From the NCBI GenBank assembly GCA_964016885.1, contig OZ024742.1:135594001-135658000 (forward strand): a stretch of DNA of 64,000 nucleotides, given 5' to 3'. The translations under genes were made by a program, and so were the position numbers. Shown here piece after piece: positions 57,876-64,000 of the stretch; positions within the stretch are counted from its first letter, which is position 1; every line of letters starts with the position of its first letter. Origin of the DNA: Eledone cirrhosa (lineage: Eukaryota). The notes beneath the pieces are model-generated. The model was not told where the DNA came from. It was given only the letters and a program-made list of their open reading frames with translations, and did not search any database.

Positions 57876-58470
57876 TTAGTCACAGTCATGGGTAGTTCAT
57901 AAATGCTAGAGCGTCCTATGATATTTATACGTATTTAGGTATAATCTTAGTGATCTTTTATATTCTAATTTTTTTTCTTTTCTTTTTTTGTGACTGAAGT
58001 ATTAAATATGATCGGATGAAGTTACTCTCACACCAGGGACATGGCTTCAGAGGTTGCAACTACATGGATTTTCTGAAAACATCCAACGGTCAAATAGAGT
58101 AGAGGGAATAACATAATATTATGATGAACATGAAGAGAAATGGCAAAATGATGCTCACCCGATGTATTTGATTGTTTCAATAAGGGTTTGTATAGTATAA
58201 TATCTTTAACTCACATTTAAAGATTTGTTTTGATCATTTCAATACGCTGGTAAGCTGTATCGTATGTATGAATTGAAAGGCGGTCGATTAACGGAGTCTA
58301 TCGAGCGTCTCACACATGCTTCGTGACATATAGTTACGCCATTTTACTTTCTAAGTTCAAATCCTACGATAGCCTTACGGGATTGATAATATAAAGTACC
58401 AGTAATGCAATAGGATCGATTTATTCAGTTTTCTCCTCCCCAAAAATTGTTAGCCTTTTGAAACCATTAT

Positions 58471-58638
58471 GGCGGTGGATTGGCAGTATCGGTAGAGGGT
58501 CGGACGCCATGCTTTGCAGCAAAAGAGTTACGGCCCTTTATGGTCTGAGTTCAAATCCCGCCAACTTTGCCTTTAATCCTTACGGGGTCGATAGAATAAA
58601 GTACCAGTAATGTACTGGGTAATTGCTGGCCTTGTGCA
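58471..58638 (+). mobile_element. tRNA-derived SINE, near full length
   Basis: A box-like tggcagtatcgg, B box gagttcaaatcc, tail gtagaaacaattatt. Confidence 0.82.
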
Positions 58639-59201
58639 AAAAGTAGAAACAATTATTATAATTTGTTTTGGCAGATATATTAGATTGTCGGACGGAATAA
58701 GCATTTTAATTGAACCCATAAGATTATGCAAATTTCATCTTACCAGAACCTCTAAGCTAAAGGAACTTAAACAGGGTAACAACAAATAAATCCCAGGAAT
58801 CACTAGTTTACTGGACAGACACAAAACAGACTCGGAGAAACAGACACACACATACGTGAACCTAATACCAACACTTTGTACTGCACTCTTCGTTATTGTT
58901 TTTGTTTTCTGTTTTAACTTATATATATATATATATATTATGTATATATATATATATTCCGTTGCATTACCATCTCTGTTTGTTTACATGTCTCGCTCGC
59001 TTCACCCTATTTTACGTGTCCCAATCACTTTTTTAGTTATTTCTTGCACCAACCAGAGGTATATGATCTTTAATGCGAAGAAATACCAATGACGGTTGGA
59101 AGATCACTGATGAAGGACTAATTTTATTTATATGTACACCCTTTACAACAACGCAGCACGCCATTTTTTCATATATATATATAAGTGAACTATAACCTCC
59201 T

Positions 59202-59262
<61 letters not shown>

Positions 59263-59311
59263 AATGTGTCTGCGTATGTGTATGTCTGTATGTATGTACA
59301 TGCATGCGTGA

Positions 59312-59635
59312 TCCCGTAACTCTTGTTGGCACCGTAGGCGCGCTGTGCTAACATACAGCATTTCTGTGACAATATTTACACCTGGCGGAGGCCATATTCC
59401 CAGGTCTGAATACAGCAGATTTCTTCCAGAGAAGCATAAGTGGGAGAATGGAAGTGAGAAAGAGATATAGTGGAAGAATCGACCACAGTACTTGACTGGT
59501 TTTATTTTATCGATCTCGAATATGAGGAAAAGCAAAGTTGACCTTGGCGGGGTTTGAACACAGACAGCAGAGAGCCAAAACAATTACCGCAAATAATTCT
59601 ATCCACCATTCTAAAGATACTGCCAATTCGCCAAC
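59312..59635 (-). mobile_element. SINE variant with extended 3' region
   Basis: SINE core plus a segment containing cagatttcttccagag, shared with 2828-2960 and 60716-60830. Confidence 0.6.
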
Positions 59636-59979
59636 TTATGTGTGCATGTGTTTATGTGAGTACGTGTGTGTGTATGTGTATGTGCGTGTGCGTGTGTGTG
59701 TATGACGGACTTCTATAGTTTCCGTCCATAAAAGTCTCCCAACAGGACATTGGTCCACTCAGGGCAATAGAATATACATGCACCCACTTGCCAGAAGCCA
59801 GACTGAACTTAGGTCCACATGATTGCAAAAAAAACTTAGGTCCACATGATTGAAAGTACTTAACCACAGTATTTATATTAACAGTGAATGCTGTTCTTTT
59901 ATTTTGCTCATACACACGTGTACACGCACACACACTTTTTCACCCCCCCCCACACACACACACACACCCACCCACCCCC

Positions 59980-60012
<33 letters not shown>

Positions 60013-60715
60013 ACACAGATATATATATATATATATATATATATATGGGTGTGAGTGTGTATTTCGAGTATATGTCATTTCACCAATCCCTCGGCGTCGA
60101 TAAGGAGTTCGTCTCACGCAACCAAAGATACCGATACATTTTGTAGTTAGCTTAGATAATACCATGAGAAACGTCTAGGGTAAAGAGAGTCATAAAGAAA
60201 CACCTGCAACGGATGTAAATTTCACAATCGCGACTGCTTATCAACATGTATATTTTAACCGTTCCTCAATTTTGTCTTTCTCCCTTGCTTTATTCATCTA
60301 TGTATATGTTTGTGTGTGCAAACGGGAGAAACCAAACTTAATACATTCGTAGAGTGCTATGCGTTTTATTATATACAGGAAGTTTTACCAATGTGTTGAG
60401 TGTCAAGAATTACATGCTTCCGGACACTTATTTGATAATTATAAGCACAATATCTAGATATAACCAAGGTATCTTCGAGATCATATTTTCTTATTGTAAA
60501 TGCTACTCCAACATATATCAAGTAAATTATAATTTATTAAAATCTAGCATATATCAGGTTGAGATGGAAAGAAATGAACAGACTTGCATGTAAGAATTGT
60601 ACCATAGTACAGTCTATGTCGAAATAATGTACTACCAAAACATCAAGGGAAATGCTATCACTTATTTCCGTTAATTTAATGTTTATGTCTTTAGTATCCA
60701 TGCATGGTCCAGTCG

Positions 60716-61005
60716 CTCCTGTAATGGCATACGGCGTTTCTGGAGCATGTTTAATCCTGGCGGAGTCTATCCCTCTACAGGTCGAAAGTCAGCAGATTTC
60801 TTCCAGAGTAGGATAGTAAATGAGAGAGAGATAATGATAGAGACTTATAAAAGAAGAATCAACCTCAGTACTGGACTGGTACTATTTTTGTCGACCTTGA
60901 AATGATAAGAGGTAAATTTAACCTCAGCGGGATTTGCACTCAGAGAGCAGAGAGCCGTAAGAAATGCCTCAAAAGCCTCTACCCAACGACTCAGTCAATT
61001 CGTCG
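60716..61005 (-). mobile_element. SINE variant with extended 3' region
   Basis: Same two-part arrangement as 59312-59635. Confidence 0.6.
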
Positions 61006-61234
61006 TTTTATGTTAGCTACTGTGTTAGAATACAAACGCTGCAAGATTTGGGCAGCGTGCAATAAAGTTGAAATGCAAAGACAAACTGCAACTCATATTA
61101 ACTATAATATTAAACATAAGAAAATAGGGATATCAATTCCTCAGTCGAAAGAAAACTTGAAATGAATTGGTTACGGGAATTGAACGATATATTTGAAAAT
61201 AAAAGGGGACTTCATTGTTGGGTGATCTATTTTA

Positions 61235-61456
61235 ATAATGATTTCTACTATACGCACAAGGCCACCAATTTTGGGAGAGGGGGAAAGTCGATTAAATAGA
61301 CCCCAGTGCATGACTGGTATTTTATTTTATCGACCCCGTAAGGATGAAAGGCAAAGCTAAACTCGGTGGGATTTGAAATCAGAATATATAGGGCCGTAAC
61401 TCTATGCCACAAAGCAATTTACCCGACGCTCTACCAATACAGCCAATCCACTGCCC
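61235..61456 (-). mobile_element. tRNA-derived SINE, full length
   Basis: aataatgatttcta...atcgaccccgtaaggatgaaaggcaaag...gggatttgaa...gccaatccactgcc. Confidence 0.8.
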
Positions 61457-62934
61457 TGATGTATTTTAATAATACAATAATTTCTAAAGAGATATTTTTT
61501 TAATTAAAACATTTGATTATTAAAATTTACTAACATTATTCTCCTATTTTAAAGTATGCGTATAACTTGCTGTACCACAGTATATTGTTGGTGTCAATGT
61601 ACACGACTTCCTCCTCCTCCCTAAAGTTCCCGCTTTGCGCCTAAAGTAGAAACCATTCGTAGAGATTAAACTTAGCTAGAGGAATAGTATATATCTAGAT
61701 ATACAAAAATAAATTTCTGTATGTGTAAAATATATATGTACACACACACAGGTGCGTACTAGATTGCCCTGAATTACTTACAGGCGCGCACATAAGTGCA
61801 GGCACAATGTTCTTACTCATATATTTCAAATCATGGAGTTGTTTATTTAAAAAATAAACATGATTTCGCACCAAAACACACACAAAAAAGATTGTTTCGA
61901 GAGTTAATGAGTTGGTTAGTTCCTGTGCTGGTGAGTAACGTATAGGCAGCCAATACTGAAAGGTGAAATGTGATTTATGAAAATATAAACAAAAGAAAAT
62001 CTAAGTTTAGATTATTGTAATAATCTATGTGGACTGGATGATATTTTAAGTTGTCACCATAGACTTTGCTGTTTCTAAATAGATATCACTCGCTCACACA
62101 TTGACTGTGTCAATCAAGACTTCCATCGTTTATATAATACAAACAGGATTGGCCATGGGGTTAAGACGTTCGTTTTCCTATCTTGGGGTATGTGTTCTGA
62201 TCTCTCTGCGTAGAAAATGTTTTTACCGTTAGCTTCCTGTCAACCCAAGAATTGAGAGTGAAATTGGGCCGTCAGAAACTTTATGGAAGCCCATCAGAAT
62301 ATTTGTACCAGTAGTTCAAAAGTCCAGCCTTGTTACATTTTGCGTCACGCTGACTTTGCCTGAGAAGTTCTCCAAGCGTACACACATGTGCTATACTCAA
62401 CCACCTAATTCACTGTTTGCTCGATTTACTGAAACCTCACTGTCGAAACGAATTGTGGCTCCGTGATCATCAACAACATTTTAATCATCGTTACCACTAC
62501 CACCATTACTATCACCACCATCACCATCATCATCATCATTAACATACACTACAAAATATCTCCTATAAATAGTTTCTCGCATGCGAGCAGCTACGTTGTT
62601 ATTCGATATGGTAGAAGCAGCAGACAAATGTTAAACAAATTGCACCTTACTCTCTTTTTAAATATGTAAGACACATTTGGCTATATAGTTTTAAATACAA
62701 TTTCAATGGGCACACTCTTTCATTATCTTGTTTTTTCATGACAAAGCAAGTTGTTCAGACATAGCTCTGCTATCTTTTAATTAGGAGAGGGCGTGAAAAG
62801 GAGCCCTAAAATACTGCATACTCATAAAGAGTTGCCATCTTACTGCGGTTGACTGATTATCCACTATACAGTCAAGACAAAAAGACAAAAAAAAAAAATT
62901 CCATAAAATGTTGGTTCTTTGATTGTACGTACTC

Positions 62935-63670
62935 TTCAGAATAGCGCAGACTCATTAAAAAGGACAACAGCTCTTGTGTCAAAGGTCTTAAATTAGTACA
63001 ATATAGACATAGCAGCGTTACTTGAAACTCCACTTCCTAGTTATGAACAGCTAGATGGGAAAGAGGAAGTTATACGTTCTTCTGGTCTGGAAAAAAATGA
63101 ATTTGTTCTACGCTCTTCAGTTGTTGGTTTTGTTATTAGAAGTAAGATAATACATACATTGATGTCTTTACAACAGGTGGTGACTGATTGTTGAATAACG
63201 TTGAAAATTAAACTGGCTAATGCCATAATCAGTTGCTATACTCTAAACTTGAACTCCAGAGAATGAGAAAAATTTTATGAGCAATTATCTTCTATTGTCA
63301 AAACTATTGGTTATCATGTTAGACTTCTTATACTAGGAGACTTCAGCGCCACAGTTGTATCAGATTGAGTCCTAGGGACATAAATATTCTTGGCTCTCAT
63401 GGCATTGGAAATATGAATAGCAATGGATTTCGCTATCTATCGTTTTGTCATGAACTTCGCCTCTTTATCACCAACACTATGTTTCAAGAAACTAACAAGT
63501 TCAAAACCAATTGGATCATACACAGTCAATAGAATGGCATTGGATTGATTACATTTTAAGAAGAAAATATAATCCACGTGATATTCATTACACTTGCTCC
63601 TTCCATAGCACACTTAGTTTATCTGATCACTCTCCGTTGAGATGTAAAGTACCATTTCGACTTCAGGTAA
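62935..63670 (+). pseudogene. RTE (BovB-like) APE endonuclease remnant
   Basis: RTTALV...YNIDIAALLET; ILGDFSATV; HGIGNMNSNG; ITNTMFQ; WHWIDYIL; DHSPL; many stops. Confidence 0.75.
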
Positions 63671-64000
63671 AGCATATAAGACACAATGCTAGATTGATGC
63701 ACCCCATCTGGACACATTTCTTCTCATGTTAGTGAATACTCTTCCGCCGGGTTTATAGGCAGATGTGGGTATCAGAGGCTATCTTGAGACGCACGATAAG
63801 GAACCATTTTGTAGAAAAATGAATGCTGAGTGGCGTAATCCTGTCTTCTGAATTTTGGCAATGTTGTGGTTGCATGTTAGAGGGACTCAGGTATAAAACT
63901 ATATTTTAAATTCAGTGCTTCTTGAGCATTTTAGATCCTAATTCTAATGAACTTAGTATATTTTAAGATTTTCGTCCGAATGATAAATTTTATTTATTTG

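Noticed and set aside
58471-58565. tRNA gene
   Set aside because: A- and B-box-like motifs are present, but there is no cloverleaf and the sequence continues into the SINE body.

Overview
AT-rich, repeat-saturated animal genomic DNA. It is most likely a cephalopod such as Octopus, inferred from the tRNA-derived SINE family and the very long (TA)n tracts. I found no host protein-coding gene that I can support; most listed ORFs are translated microsatellites. Real coding remnants all come from retroelements: a decayed L1/Tx1-type LINE (about 3.8-8.3 kb, minus strand), RTE, RTE-X and CR1 fragments, and three Penelope-like elements (PLEs) with RT and/or GIY-YIG domains. The window also has a non-autonomous Helitron, a hAT MITE, a Tc1/mariner-type MITE and many SINEs. 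The main signal lies outside the ORF track. By eye I count about 16 type I hammerhead ribozyme (HHR) motifs, most with a tiny or palindromic helix III, from about 10 sequence families. They sit in PLE 3' pseudo-LTRs, in fold-back palindromes of 0.15-4 kb and in short non-coding tandem units of about 412 and 522 bp that resemble retrozymes. Nearly all abut (TA)n tracts. Several further palindromes appear to fold back within hammerhead helix II. All structures were read by eye and none is computationally or experimentally verified.
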